A stretch of DNA of 64,000 nt from an uncultured virus (IMG/VR IMGVR_UViG_3300021256_000108) (taxonomy: Duplodnaviria; Heunggongvirae; Uroviricota; Caudoviricetes). A program made the position numbers and the translations under genes. The notes under the pieces were generated by a model that had not been told where the DNA came from, did not search any database, and worked only from the letters and a program-made list of their open reading frames with translations. The DNA is taken from IMG/VR virus record IMGVR_UViG_3300021256_000108. One strand, given 5' to 3'. This document shows positions 19,574 to 29,181 of this stretch, piece after piece (position 1 is the first letter of the stretch; every line of letters begins with the position of its first letter).

Positions 19574-19771
19574 ATGCCAAGACCTAAGAAAACTGAAACT
19601 ACCGCTGTAGTGGAGGAAAATAAATCTGACGGGCTTATTGCCCTTAAACATTTTGCCCAAAAAGGTAAGCTGTTTATTGGCGGTGAGTCTTATGATATTG
19701 TTGATAACGTGGTAAAGGTAAAACCCGAACATGTTATTATGGCAAAAGAACACATTAAGTTAGGGGGCTGA
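19574..19771 (+). CDS. Small head-associated protein
   Basis: AGGAGG RBS; synteny. Confidence 0.65.
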   Translation: MPRPKKTETTAVVEENKSDGLIALKHFAQKGKLFIGGESYDIVDNVVKVKPEHVIMAKEHIKLGG

Positions 19772-19775
19772 CCCT

Positions 19776-20396
19776 ATGGCTTATTGTAGTGTTGATGATT
19801 TAAGGGCTTTTGGTTATAACATTCAAGATTCTGACATAGAAAAACTTGAAACTATTTGCGATATTGCAAGTGCTAAAGTTGAAAGTTATTGCCACCAGAG
19901 TTTTAAAGAAACAAAAGGGGCAATAGAAAAACATCTTATCAGAATTAAAGATGGGATAGCTAAAATTTTCCCTAGAAATCTGACTGTAAATACAGTTAAT
20001 ACTATTACGTTCTTTACCGTTAGCAAAACTCCTATTCCGTATGTGATTGAAAATCCAATTTATATGCCTAATGGGGCGGTTATTGTAGCTTCTACTAATG
20101 CGCCTATGGGCGAATATTTTGCTGAATTGGATTATGATTATGGATTTGCTGATGGCGAATATCCCGCTGATTTGATACAAGCTACAGCACTTATGGCAAT
20201 TCCTAGCCTTGATGATTATTTCCTCACGGCTGAAACTAACGTAAGTGGGCTGAAAGTTTTGCAACAGGGGAAATTAAAAATTGAACGTGGTAAACTTTCT
20301 GCAAATGCAATGCTTAATAATCAAGGTGTACCCGCTAACGCGGCGGCTCTTTTAGATGGGGGCGGCTATGTCCGTGTTAGGAGTGATTGGTTATGA
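19776..20396 (+). CDS. Head-tail adaptor/connector
   Basis: MAYCSVDDL start, YDYGF...PADLIQA motif, synteny. Confidence 0.7.
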   Translation: MAYCSVDDLRAFGYNIQDSDIEKLETICDIASAKVESYCHQSFKETKGAIEKHLIRIKDGIAKIFPRNLTVNTVNTITFFTVSKTPIPYVIENPIYMPNGAVIVASTNAPMGEYFAELDYDYGFADGEYPADLIQATALMAIPSLDDYFLTAETNVSGLKVLQQGKLKIERGKLSANAMLNNQGVPANAAALLDGGGYVRVRSDWL

Positions 20397-20719
20397 TGTT
20401 ACTTAAAGATTTGTGTACGATTGAACGCATAGTAAAGGGGGATAAATCTCCTACGGGTGCGGTAAAAATGTCACCGAAAATCATTGCTGAACATCTACCT
20501 TGCTATATTGAAGATAATGATGGTGTTGTTGTCGTTCCACAAGAAGGACAGACGGCGATTAGTTATCATACAATGTTTGTAGCATTGAAAACAGATATTA
20601 AGGCAAATGATATAGTAACAGACGAAATTACAGGGCAGAAGTATAAAGTTCTTGACTGTAATTACTACAGGATTTTACCTCATATAGAGGTTAAAATGCA
20701 GAGTGGCACAGTAAAGTAG
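20387..20719 (+). CDS. Head closure protein
   Basis: DIKANDIV...KYKV...PHIEV; synteny. Confidence 0.65.
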   Translation: MVMMLLKDLCTIERIVKGDKSPTGAVKMSPKIIAEHLPCYIEDNDGVVVVPQEGQTAISYHTMFVALKTDIKANDIVTDEITGQKYKVLDCNYYRILPHIEVKMQSGTVK

Positions 20720-20727
20720 GTGGGAGT

Positions 20728-21186
20728 ATGAGTCATGTTGAAGGCTTAGAAAACATCATAGCTAATCTGCAAAAGGCGGTTGATACAGAAACCGCAAAAA
20801 TGAATAGCCGACTTAATTTAGCGGGGGATTATCTGCATGAAGCGGTAAAGAAAAGAACGGGTTATACAGACCACCCACAATGGGAATTGAATATGTTAGG
20901 TAATCCGTATTCTACGCGATATGAAACAGATTATTCCGTTCCGCATGGTGATGATAGTATTACTCATATTCAGAGTGGTATTCTTCACCGAAATATCGAA
21001 AAGGTAACTGATTTTGGTTCGCTAAAATCAAGTGTAGCCGTTGGGGTTGATGTTAATAAAGTCGGTGATTATGTCAAAGAAGTAATTGACGGTACTCCGA
21101 AAGTTCGCCCCCGCCCCTTTTTACAGAGGGCGTTTAGCGAAAGTAAGGATAAAATAAAAGCAATTTTGGAAGGGGGAAGTAGTTAA
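20728..21186 (+). CDS. HK97 gp10-like neck/tail completion protein
   Basis: GTPKVRPRPFLQRAF motif. Confidence 0.75.
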   Translation: MSHVEGLENIIANLQKAVDTETAKMNSRLNLAGDYLHEAVKKRTGYTDHPQWELNMLGNPYSTRYETDYSVPHGDDSITHIQSGILHRNIEKVTDFGSLKSSVAVGVDVNKVGDYVKEVIDGTPKVRPRPFLQRAFSESKDKIKAILEGGSS

Positions 21187-21662
21187 TGGCAAGAAAAATA
21201 CTTAATTATGACCCCTTGATTGCTATTTTGCGTACCCATTTACTTGCCAATGAAGAATTGGTTAATTGGGATAAATGGAAGGACGGCGAACCACTTATCT
21301 ATCCTAGATATTTGGAAGAACCAGAAAATGCAACATACCCTTGTATTACTATTTATCGCGATTATGGCATAAGGTTGAAGAATAAAACAGGACACGAAGA
21401 AGGACATTACTTTATTCATGGTTGGCTAAAGGCTTATGATGAAGAAGATTCTTCTGCTGTTGATGATGTTTCTTATCTTATGAATATGGTAATATCTACT
21501 CTTTCTGATGATAGAGTCTTAGGTAGACAGGTCAAGGAAGTGGATATGTGCCGTATGGTTGATTCTCGTTGTCCGTGTTATGAAGCACAGTCACGAACAT
21601 ATTTTTTTATGACAGATTGGCGTATAATCTATGATTCTATGCTGATGTATGAATTTGAATAA
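21186..21662 (+). CDS. Tail terminator protein
   Basis: YPCITI motif; position before the major tail gene. Confidence 0.6.
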   Translation: MARKILNYDPLIAILRTHLLANEELVNWDKWKDGEPLIYPRYLEEPENATYPCITIYRDYGIRLKNKTGHEEGHYFIHGWLKAYDEEDSSAVDDVSYLMNMVISTLSDDRVLGRQVKEVDMCRMVDSRCPCYEAQSRTYFFMTDWRIIYDSMLMYEFE

Positions 21663-21677
21663 AAGGAGTGAATAAAA

Positions 21678-22415
21678 ATGTACGAATTTGGCGTTGGTGC
21701 GTTGTTTGCAAAGTTCCCAGATGGTACGAGCGTGGAATTTGGCACGTTGCAGGAATGTTCCGTAGATTTCAGCTTTGACAAAAAGGAACTTTATGGACGC
21801 AATCAGTTTCCTGTAAAAGTTGCCCGTTCCAAGGGCAAAGTCGATTGTAAAGCGACTTACGCTGACATCAAAGCAGAAGCCCTTAATATCGTGCTTAATG
21901 GTACGATTAGTGATGGCGAATTGAAGGTAGCTGAACCGATTAACGCGGTTGTTGCTAGTGGACAGGTAGCTATTACCGTTCCGACAGGTGGCACTTTCAA
22001 TCGTGTGTTGAAAGTCTATGATGTGAGTGGTGAAACGAAAGTTCCGCTGAAGGAAGTACAGGCTACGCCTACGGAAACGGGTACTTACTTTGTTGATGAT
22101 TCGGACGCTTCCGCTATCGCAATCAAGTTCGCTACAGGTGATGATGGTTTGGCTGTACAGTATCAGTTTGATTATACGGTTGCTACGGGTAAGACTGTAG
22201 AAATCCGCAATGCAATGATGGGTACAGCACCCGTATTTGAAGCAGAGTTTTATGCGGCTTTGGACGGCAATCCGATTACGCTTGTTCTGAATAAGTGTAC
22301 TTCTGAAAAACTGACTATGGCGTTCAAGAATGAGGATTTTGTTATCCCAGATTTCTCGTTCTCTGCTTTCTCTGACGCGAGTGACGTAGTAGGTCATTTG
22401 TATCTGTCTGAATAA
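21678..22415 (+). CDS. Major tail tube protein
   Basis: FGTLQECSVDFSFDKKELYG...FKNEDFVIPDFSFSA; synteny. Confidence 0.8.
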   Translation: MYEFGVGALFAKFPDGTSVEFGTLQECSVDFSFDKKELYGRNQFPVKVARSKGKVDCKATYADIKAEALNIVLNGTISDGELKVAEPINAVVASGQVAITVPTGGTFNRVLKVYDVSGETKVPLKEVQATPTETGTYFVDDSDASAIAIKFATGDDGLAVQYQFDYTVATGKTVEIRNAMMGTAPVFEAEFYAALDGNPITLVLNKCTSEKLTMAFKNEDFVIPDFSFSAFSDASDVVGHLYLSE

Positions 22416-22509
22416 GGTTTTTCTTTTATAAGATATGCCCTTCATTCCTAAGAAATAATAGGAGTGGAGGGCTATTTTTATAGTTAAAGTGAAAGGTTGG
22501 TAAAATATC

Positions 22510-22914
22510 ATGGCAAAAAAGCAGAATGTAAAATTTAACGGTGTAGAAATTGAATTGGGTGGAGAAATTTATGTTCTCCCGCCGTTGCCGATTAAGGCAT
22601 TTTCTAAAGGTGACGCTTCTAAGAAGATTCAGCATATCCAGAGTGAATTTATGAAAATGAATGATAATAACAATTCTTTTAATATTTCACAGGAAAGTAT
22701 TTCTGACCTTGTAAGCCTTGTTACTATGGCTTTGGCTAGAAATTATCCGCAGATTAATGAGGATATTGTAGAAGAAGGTTGTAAGGATATTATGTTCTTG
22801 TTCTCCTTATTCCAACACCTTATTACTCAATCAGAGGAAATGAATAAGCGTATTGAAGAAATGCAAAAAAACGCATTGAGGGCGTTTGTGGAGAAGAAGG
22901 AAAGCCAGAATTAA
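22510..22914 (+). CDS. Tail assembly chaperone (gpG-like)
   Basis: Between tail tube and tape measure; contains a slippery site. Confidence 0.75.
   Translation: MAKKQNVKFNGVEIELGGEIYVLPPLPIKAFSKGDASKKIQHIQSEFMKMNDNNNSFNISQESISDLVSLVTMALARNYPQINEDIVEEGCKDIMFLFSLFQHLITQSEEMNKRIEEMQKNALRAFVEKKESQN
22866..22872 (+). promoter_or_regulatory. -1 ribosomal frameshift slippery heptamer A AAA AAC
   Basis: X XXY YYZ heptamer; the -1 frame is open from here into the ORF ending at 23282. Confidence 0.75.
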
Positions 22915-22937
22915 GTTGGCTTGACATTTACCCACGC

Positions 22938-23282
22938 ATGGCGGCTAACTTTGGCTACAACGAACAGTATGTAGACGAAATGTTAGACATGGAAAGGCTT
23001 TTCGCCCACCTTACTTATTTAAGGGATAATCCACCCGCAGGAACGCTTATTAAAGCATACTTTGAAGCACAGGCAGGGGGTAGCGGTAGTCATTCTTCCG
23101 CAGATAGATTACCCGCCCCCAGACCTAGAACTTTCAAAAATGAAGAAGATAAGCGCAATTTTGAACGAGCACAGTTAAATAATCTTTGTGCAGATTTTGG
23201 CGTGAATATTAATCAACTTCAAAAGAAACCTAGACGGAAATTGAGGGTTTTGCCTTCACAGCGGAAGAAGGGAGGTAACTAA
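22938..23282 (+). CDS. gpT-like part of the frameshifted tail chaperone
   Basis: No RBS; in the -1 frame relative to gpG and open back to the slippery site. Confidence 0.7.
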   Translation: MAANFGYNEQYVDEMLDMERLFAHLTYLRDNPPAGTLIKAYFEAQAGGSGSHSSADRLPAPRPRTFKNEEDKRNFERAQLNNLCADFGVNINQLQKKPRRKLRVLPSQRKKGGN

Positions 23283-23284
23283 TT

Positions 23285-26200
23285 ATGGGTGATGTAAGTT
23301 CTCTGGGTCAGTATAAAGTTGTTGTTACAGCAGATTATTCTGTATTGCAAACTAGGTTTAAGGCAATGTCAGAATATGTAACGCGAACTACTAAGAAAAT
23401 GACTGATGAAATTAATACGTCTATGAACGGATTAAATACGGTCATGCTTAGTCAATTACAGACTACAGTCAATGAATTAAAAAAGGCTTTTGACGGGTTA
23501 GGTGATACCACTAGGCGTAGTGGTGATGGCTTTAAATCTTATGCACAGCAAATTAAAGAAGCACAGCGAGAAGCGGAAAAAGCCCATCAACAAATACAGC
23601 GTATTAAAGCTGATATGGCAGAAGGGATTAACCCCAGAACTTCAAATACTACGGCTTTAGAAATTATGCAAAATGAATTTGATAAAGCCCGTTTGAAGGT
23701 TGATAGGCTGAAAGCCGCACAGGAAGATTTCAAAAATCGTGTAGACCAGACCGCATTATCCGCTAAACAGATGGATAAAAACCTTGTTCAAGCAGGTAAA
23801 GACGAGCAGAATCTTATGAAGCAAAATGCCCGTATGCTTGAAGGTAATATCAAGGCTAGAAATACGCAATATTCACAGCAAGCACAGCAGATTTCCCGCT
23901 TGCAAACGCAATACCGCGTTGCCTATGAAGAAATTAATAAGTACCTGCAATCTCATGCAAAAATGAGTGAAGCGGTATTTATTCGTTTACAGGGGAGAAT
24001 TACCGCAATAGGCAATGAATTACGGCGTTTAGGGGCAACTCCTGTTATGGCTAATCCGCTTGAAGGTATGGACTATGAGCAATATACTAGCGGTTTTAGT
24101 AAATTGCGTGATGTGGTTGAATCTACAAAACATCATATAACGTGGATGATTAGTGCGGCTGTTATTGGTTTAACAGTATCTATTCCCCATGCTGTTTCTA
24201 GTGCTATTGAGTCATTTGAAGCACTACAGACCAAAATCATGCAGAACATGGAATTGGCAAAACAGTATGAAAATAATCCCCAGAAATTGCATGGTGACAT
24301 GGATAAAATGGGGCAAGCCGCTAAAACTTTTGCACAGAGTTACGGTATGTCCATACAAGAAGTGCAGGAAGGTATGCAGATTATTACTAGGCGTTTTAAG
24401 GACGCGGGTACAGCTATCTATTTGACTAACATTGCATTGCAAATGTCTAAGTTGGATATGGTAGATGTAAAGCAATCTGCTAAAGACTTAGAAGCGGTTA
24501 TGTTACAGTTTAACATGGGAGCAAAGGACGCAAATAAATTCCTTAATGACTTCTCTGTTATCTGTCACGTTGCACGTATAAGCGGTACTGATATGCTTAT
24601 GGCTTTAGAGCGTTCTGGGTCTGCTTTTAAAGCTATGAATATGGACGCAAGGGCGGCAATGGCGGCTATTGCGGCTGTTTCTACCGTTACAGGTAAAAGC
24701 GGTGCAACCATAGGTGATTCGTGGAAATCTATTCTTGCTAATATGGACTTCAAGAAAGCTACACAAGCACTTGAAGCCTATAATATTAAACTGTATGATG
24801 TACAGCAAAATGGCACAAAAACTATGCGAAATGGTACGGCTGTTTTGGCTGATATTTTAAGACAGTTTAAAGAGTTGGATGATGAAGGACGCAGAAAACT
24901 AGCAACGGCGATTGCAGGCGGCAAATATCAAGTTAATAACATGATGGCTTTCCTTGCAGACGCTAGTGGTAGTTTTAACTCATTCTTAGACCAGATGAAT
25001 GAGAAGTCTAGTGACGCTATGACCGCTAAATTGCTTGAAGCGTCTATGAATAATTATCAGACCAATTTAGGACAAGCAAAAGCGGCTTTTGAAAACTTTG
25101 CTATAACCATAGGCGAATTGTTATTACCCGCCCTTAAAAATATGGCTTTGCTAATGACAGGGGTAGGCATTTATTTGCAGGAACACGCAAACGATATTTT
25201 GAATGTTGTTGGTGCGTTGGGTAAATTACTCCTTGCTTATTTAGCATTTACGGGAATTAGTTCTATTTTTCAAACTTTGAAAACGGTTATAAAGGAACTT
25301 ACGATTGCAGAAGCAATACATTCAGCTATTATGGCGATTAAAAACGGCTTGTTTGCAATAGGTGTCCCCTTAGTTATGGCTTATAATGCGTTTGTGGCTG
25401 AAACGGGAGTAGTCGCGGGTTTAGCGGCGGCGGGGCAAGTTCTTCTTAATTCCGCTGTAGCCGCTTTTGAAGTTTTGATAGCACCTCTTAGCTTAACTGT
25501 TTTAGCTGTAGTTGCGGCAATTTCCGCATTAGCTGTTATTGCTTATGAAGTATATGAAAATTGGGAAACTGTATCTAATGATTTAGCGTATATTTGGAAT
25601 TTCCTTGTTGATGTTATTTCTTCTGCTATTGAATATATAATTTTGGCAATTTCTCCTTTCCTTATAACTATGTATTTGTTAGCACAGGTTGTGGAGTTTA
25701 TTATAAAAGATGTTATTGCCCCGATATTTAGAACTTTAGGGGAAGTAGTAGGCAAAGTTATTACCGCTATTAATAATTGGCTGAAAGAACACGGGATTAC
25801 GACGCAAAATATTGCAAATAATATCCGTTTCATTTGGAACAATTTTATAGCATGGTTGGCAAATAATATTTCTCCTGCTTTTGCACAATGGCTTAGTGAT
25901 ATGGTTGAAAAACTGTTAGCTTTTGCCAAAAAGGTCTGGGAAATTGCTAGTAGTGTAAGAAATGCTATCCGTAGTATGTTCGGTATGGCACAGAGCGCAG
26001 GAGAAAACGGCGGCGGGTTTATTGATAATATTGCTAAAAGCATAAAACAGAAACTTAGCTTTGACCTTCTGAATACCATTGCAGACGCAAAAGCTAAAAT
26101 GGAGCAATCTGAGTTTGCTAACGAGCATAGCTTACCAACAGGCACAATGCCTAACGGTATAAGTGGTGGCGGTAGCGGTTCTAAAGGTAAAGGCGGTAAA

Positions 26201-28399
26201 GGGGCTAAAGGTGCAAAAGAAGCTGACAATTCGATTGAAGCAATGTTGTATCGCTTCTTGACGAAAGACAAGAAGTTATCCCATAATCGTGCTATTGGTG
26301 AACTTGCTAACATACAGGCAATTTCTGGCTTTAATTATAATGCAGGAGAGGGAACAGATAAGCGCGGGTTGTATGGTTGGAATCAGAAACAATGGGCTGA
26401 ATATGAAAAATGGCTTGCAGGTACAGGCTATAAGGATTCGGCTGTTTCCCAGATTAACTATAAGCATACCTACGCTGAAAAGTACGACAAGGAAGAAAAA
26501 GCAAAGTATCGTGAATACTTACAAGCAGGTTCTTCTACCCCGCAGGAATTTGCACAAGCCTATAGTGACTCTATAACCAAAATTGGCAATATTGATAAAT
26601 CCATTGTTGACGCTTTGGATAAGAGATTTGCCAAGAAAAACGGTGAGGAAAATTATAGCGACCCAATGAAAGATATGTTGGAACGCTACAAAGACCTCAA
26701 AAAAGAGTTTGACAAAGAAATTGAGTCTTTGAAAACGGAACGGGCAAAAACGGGTGATAAAGTTACCGCCGAAGAACAGCTTAAATTATTTGAAAAAATA
26801 ATGGGCATAGGTAACAATAGAAATCCGTTTGCTTATCTGGAACAGGCACAGAAAGATTACGAAAAACAGCTTTTAGAAGCCGCAAAATATGAAGCAAAAC
26901 GGCAGGAGGATATACGGAAATCCACCGAAACGCACCTTAAAGCCCTTGAAAAAATGGCTGATGGTGAAATTGCATTTGCTGAAAAATTGGGGCTTATTAA
27001 TAAGGCTGATGTTCGTAAATATAACTATGAGAAGAATGAAAGCAATTATGCAAGGCAGAAACCTATTCTTGACGCTAAATTAGGTGCTACCGTTGATTTA
27101 CAGAAAGCTACAGCAGACGAAATGTTAGCGGTTTATCAGCAACTTATTTATGCCCAGAGTGAGTTAGAAGCTAGACACTATGCTGAAAAACTTTTCTATC
27201 TTTCCCGTGATGTTGACGCTACACAGAAAGCCCTTAACGAAGAATTTAAGCTAGAGGAAACCTACCAGAACAAACGGCGCGAATTGAATGAAGAAGCGTT
27301 CCTTCACAAGAGCCGTTATGCGCTGACCTTTATTGATTCTCTTACTAAGGGGATTGAAGAAGGTTTAGAGGGTATCTTGAACCGTACTAAATCCTTTGCA
27401 GAAGCCTTTAGAGATATTTTTAAGGGCATTGTGCAGGATATTATCAAATTGTTCTCCAAGGATTTTGCGGAACGGATTAAAAAATGGATAAGTAATGCCA
27501 TTTTTAAACCTAAAGAAACGGGAAATAAGGCAGGTAGCTTTATTGACCCAGACAATATCTTTGGGGGCAAGAAGGGTAAAGATAACTTTGATTTAGGCAA
27601 TGGCTTGTCATTGATGGGTAGTGGCATGAAGAAAGCCAATAACCCTATTTTACAAGCTATGGGTTTGACTCCTAGCCTTGCTTCACAGGCTAAAGCTATG
27701 ATTACCCCTGTTACTTATACGCTTAGAAATTCTATGCAGAATACTATTGCAGGTATGACTAATATATCACAGCAAGGTATGTATACTATTTCTTCTGGCA
27801 TACAGTCAAGTACACAAGCAATGGGGGCAACATGGACTACCTTCAAAGATACGCAGGTAACTGTAGACCAGATGGGGAATATGGCGATTGTCGGACAAAC
27901 GCAAGCTACGGCGGCAACCGTTCAAGCAACGACAGCAACTATGATGACATGGCTTATGGCTGTGTTGGCGTTGTTCTCGTTATTTGGCGGCGGCGGTGGC
28001 GGTGGAAGTTCTACTAGCACTTCTAGCCAGAATTTAGGACGCGCCCCAGAAAGCTATTACATGACACCAACCCCCGTATTGCAATCCACTACTTATCAAG
28101 TACCTTCAATGGATATTGGCGGTAATATTGAAAGAGATATGTTTGCATATGTCCATAAGAATGAAATGGTACTTACCCCAGAGCAAGCAGATGTTATTCG
28201 TAACACGGCTAAAAATGGAGGTACTATTGGCAATGGTCATAGCTTGAATGGCGGTGCTACTGTTAATAGCAATGTAACTGTTTCTACGGTTGATTCTAAG
28301 GGATTTGACAGAGTTCTAAAGGATTACCAACGGCAATTATCGCGGAACGTAAAAAAAGGTATTCGCAATGGGTATCTTAACCCCAAAGGCTTAATGTAA
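23285..28399 (+). CDS. Tail tape measure protein with a degenerate lysozyme-like domain
   Basis: 1704 aa; TP901-type core, hydrophobic repeats, C-terminal AYVHKNEMVLT. Confidence 0.93.
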   Translation: MGDVSSLGQYKVVVTADYSVLQTRFKAMSEYVTRTTKKMTDEINTSMNGLNTVMLSQLQTTVNELKKAFDGLGDTTRRSGDGFKSYAQQIKEAQREAEKAHQQIQRIKADMAEGINPRTSNTTALEIMQNEFDKARLKVDRLKAAQEDFKNRVDQTALSAKQMDKNLVQAGKDEQNLMKQNARMLEGNIKARNTQYSQQAQQISRLQTQYRVAYEEINKYLQSHAKMSEAVFIRLQGRITAIGNELRRLGATPVMANPLEGMDYEQYTSGFSKLRDVVESTKHHITWMISAAVIGLTVSIPHAVSSAIESFEALQTKIMQNMELAKQYENNPQKLHGDMDKMGQAAKTFAQSYGMSIQEVQEGMQIITRRFKDAGTAIYLTNIALQMSKLDMVDVKQSAKDLEAVMLQFNMGAKDANKFLNDFSVICHVARISGTDMLMALERSGSAFKAMNMDARAAMAAIAAVSTVTGKSGATIGDSWKSILANMDFKKATQALEAYNIKLYDVQQNGTKTMRNGTAVLADILRQFKELDDEGRRKLATAIAGGKYQVNNMMAFLADASGSFNSFLDQMNEKSSDAMTAKLLEASMNNYQTNLGQAKAAFENFAITIGELLLPALKNMALLMTGVGIYLQEHANDILNVVGALGKLLLAYLAFTGISSIFQTLKTVIKELTIAEAIHSAIMAIKNGLFAIGVPLVMAYNAFVAETGVVAGLAAAGQVLLNSAVAAFEVLIAPLSLTVLAVVAAISALAVIAYEVYENWETVSNDLAYIWNFLVDVISSAIEYIILAISPFLITMYLLAQVVEFIIKDVIAPIFRTLGEVVGKVITAINNWLKEHGITTQNIANNIRFIWNNFIAWLANNISPAFAQWLSDMVEKLLAFAKKVWEIASSVRNAIRSMFGMAQSAGENGGGFIDNIAKSIKQKLSFDLLNTIADAKAKMEQSEFANEHSLPTGTMPNGISGGGSGSKGKGGKGAKGAKEADNSIEAMLYRFLTKDKKLSHNRAIGELANIQAISGFNYNAGEGTDKRGLYGWNQKQWAEYEKWLAGTGYKDSAVSQINYKHTYAEKYDKEEKAKYREYLQAGSSTPQEFAQAYSDSITKIGNIDKSIVDALDKRFAKKNGEENYSDPMKDMLERYKDLKKEFDKEIESLKTERAKTGDKVTAEEQLKLFEKIMGIGNNRNPFAYLEQAQKDYEKQLLEAAKYEAKRQEDIRKSTETHLKALEKMADGEIAFAEKLGLINKADVRKYNYEKNESNYARQKPILDAKLGATVDLQKATADEMLAVYQQLIYAQSELEARHYAEKLFYLSRDVDATQKALNEEFKLEETYQNKRRELNEEAFLHKSRYALTFIDSLTKGIEEGLEGILNRTKSFAEAFRDIFKGIVQDIIKLFSKDFAERIKKWISNAIFKPKETGNKAGSFIDPDNIFGGKKGKDNFDLGNGLSLMGSGMKKANNPILQAMGLTPSLASQAKAMITPVTYTLRNSMQNTIAGMTNISQQGMYTISSGIQSSTQAMGATWTTFKDTQVTVDQMGNMAIVGQTQATAATVQATTATMMTWLMAVLALFSLFGGGGGGGSSTSTSSQNLGRAPESYYMTPTPVLQSTTYQVPSMDIGGNIERDMFAYVHKNEMVLTPEQADVIRNTAKNGGTIGNGHSLNGGATVNSNVTVSTVDSKGFDRVLKDYQRQLSRNVKKGIRNGYLNPKGLM

Positions 28400-28404
28400 A
28401 CTTG

Positions 28405-28445
28405 AAGCCCTACTGATGTAAAAATCGGTAGGGCTTTTTTATTTT
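28405..28445 (+). terminator. Rho-independent terminator
   Basis: AAGCCCTACTGAT...ATCGGTAGGGCTT followed by T-run. Confidence 0.85.
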
Positions 28446-28550
28446 GTGTAAACCAAAAGAACTTTTTTATGGTGCTATAATATGATTATAGAATTTTTAT
28501 TATGCGCGTATTATATATAACGCGCTATTTTTTATAGGGAGGTGTAATTT

Positions 28551-29177
28551 GTGAGTGATTTGTTATTCCCCACTTTGAGAGGGTTATCTTATCCGATTGG
28601 GAAAGTTCCCCATTGGAAAACTTTACAAAATCAGACAATAAGCGGGGTGAAAAAGTTTGTTCAACTTTACACCTATCCTTATTATGAATTTACACTAAGT
28701 TTTGATTATTTAAGTGATGAAAATAGTCAAAGTGACGATATACGGACGCTTGCAGGTTTTTATAATCGTGTAGGCGGTGCAGGTGTAGACTTTCTTTATG
28801 CTGACCCGTTATTTGAAGATAATACTGTAGAAATGCAGAAATTTGCAGATACGGACGGCGAAACAAAAAAATGGCAATTAACACATGAAGTCGGTGGATT
28901 TATTGAACCGATTTTTGGCATTTTAGAGCACCCGCAAATTTTTTCTAAAGAAGGTTCTAACGCTCCTGTAGAACTTACGGAAGGTACAGACTATGAAATT
29001 AATTCATTAGGAACGGTTATGTTTGACAATGCTCCTAGTGATGGTAAAACCCTTTATTGGTCTGGGAAATGGTATTATCGTTGCCATTTTGCACAAGACG
29101 AAGCAACTTTAGAGCAGATATTTTTTGGCGGGTGGGCATTAGAAGAATTGACGCTTGAATCTATAAAGGTGGATTGA
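28551..29177 (+). CDS. Distal tail protein, DUF2460-like
   Basis: LFPTLRGL...KVPHWKT...YPYYEFTLSF...WSGKWYYRCHF. Confidence 0.75.
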   Translation: MSDLLFPTLRGLSYPIGKVPHWKTLQNQTISGVKKFVQLYTYPYYEFTLSFDYLSDENSQSDDIRTLAGFYNRVGGAGVDFLYADPLFEDNTVEMQKFADTDGETKKWQLTHEVGGFIEPIFGILEHPQIFSKEGSNAPVELTEGTDYEINSLGTVMFDNAPSDGKTLYWSGKWYYRCHFAQDEATLEQIFFGGWALEELTLESIKVD

Positions 29178-29181
29178 TGAA

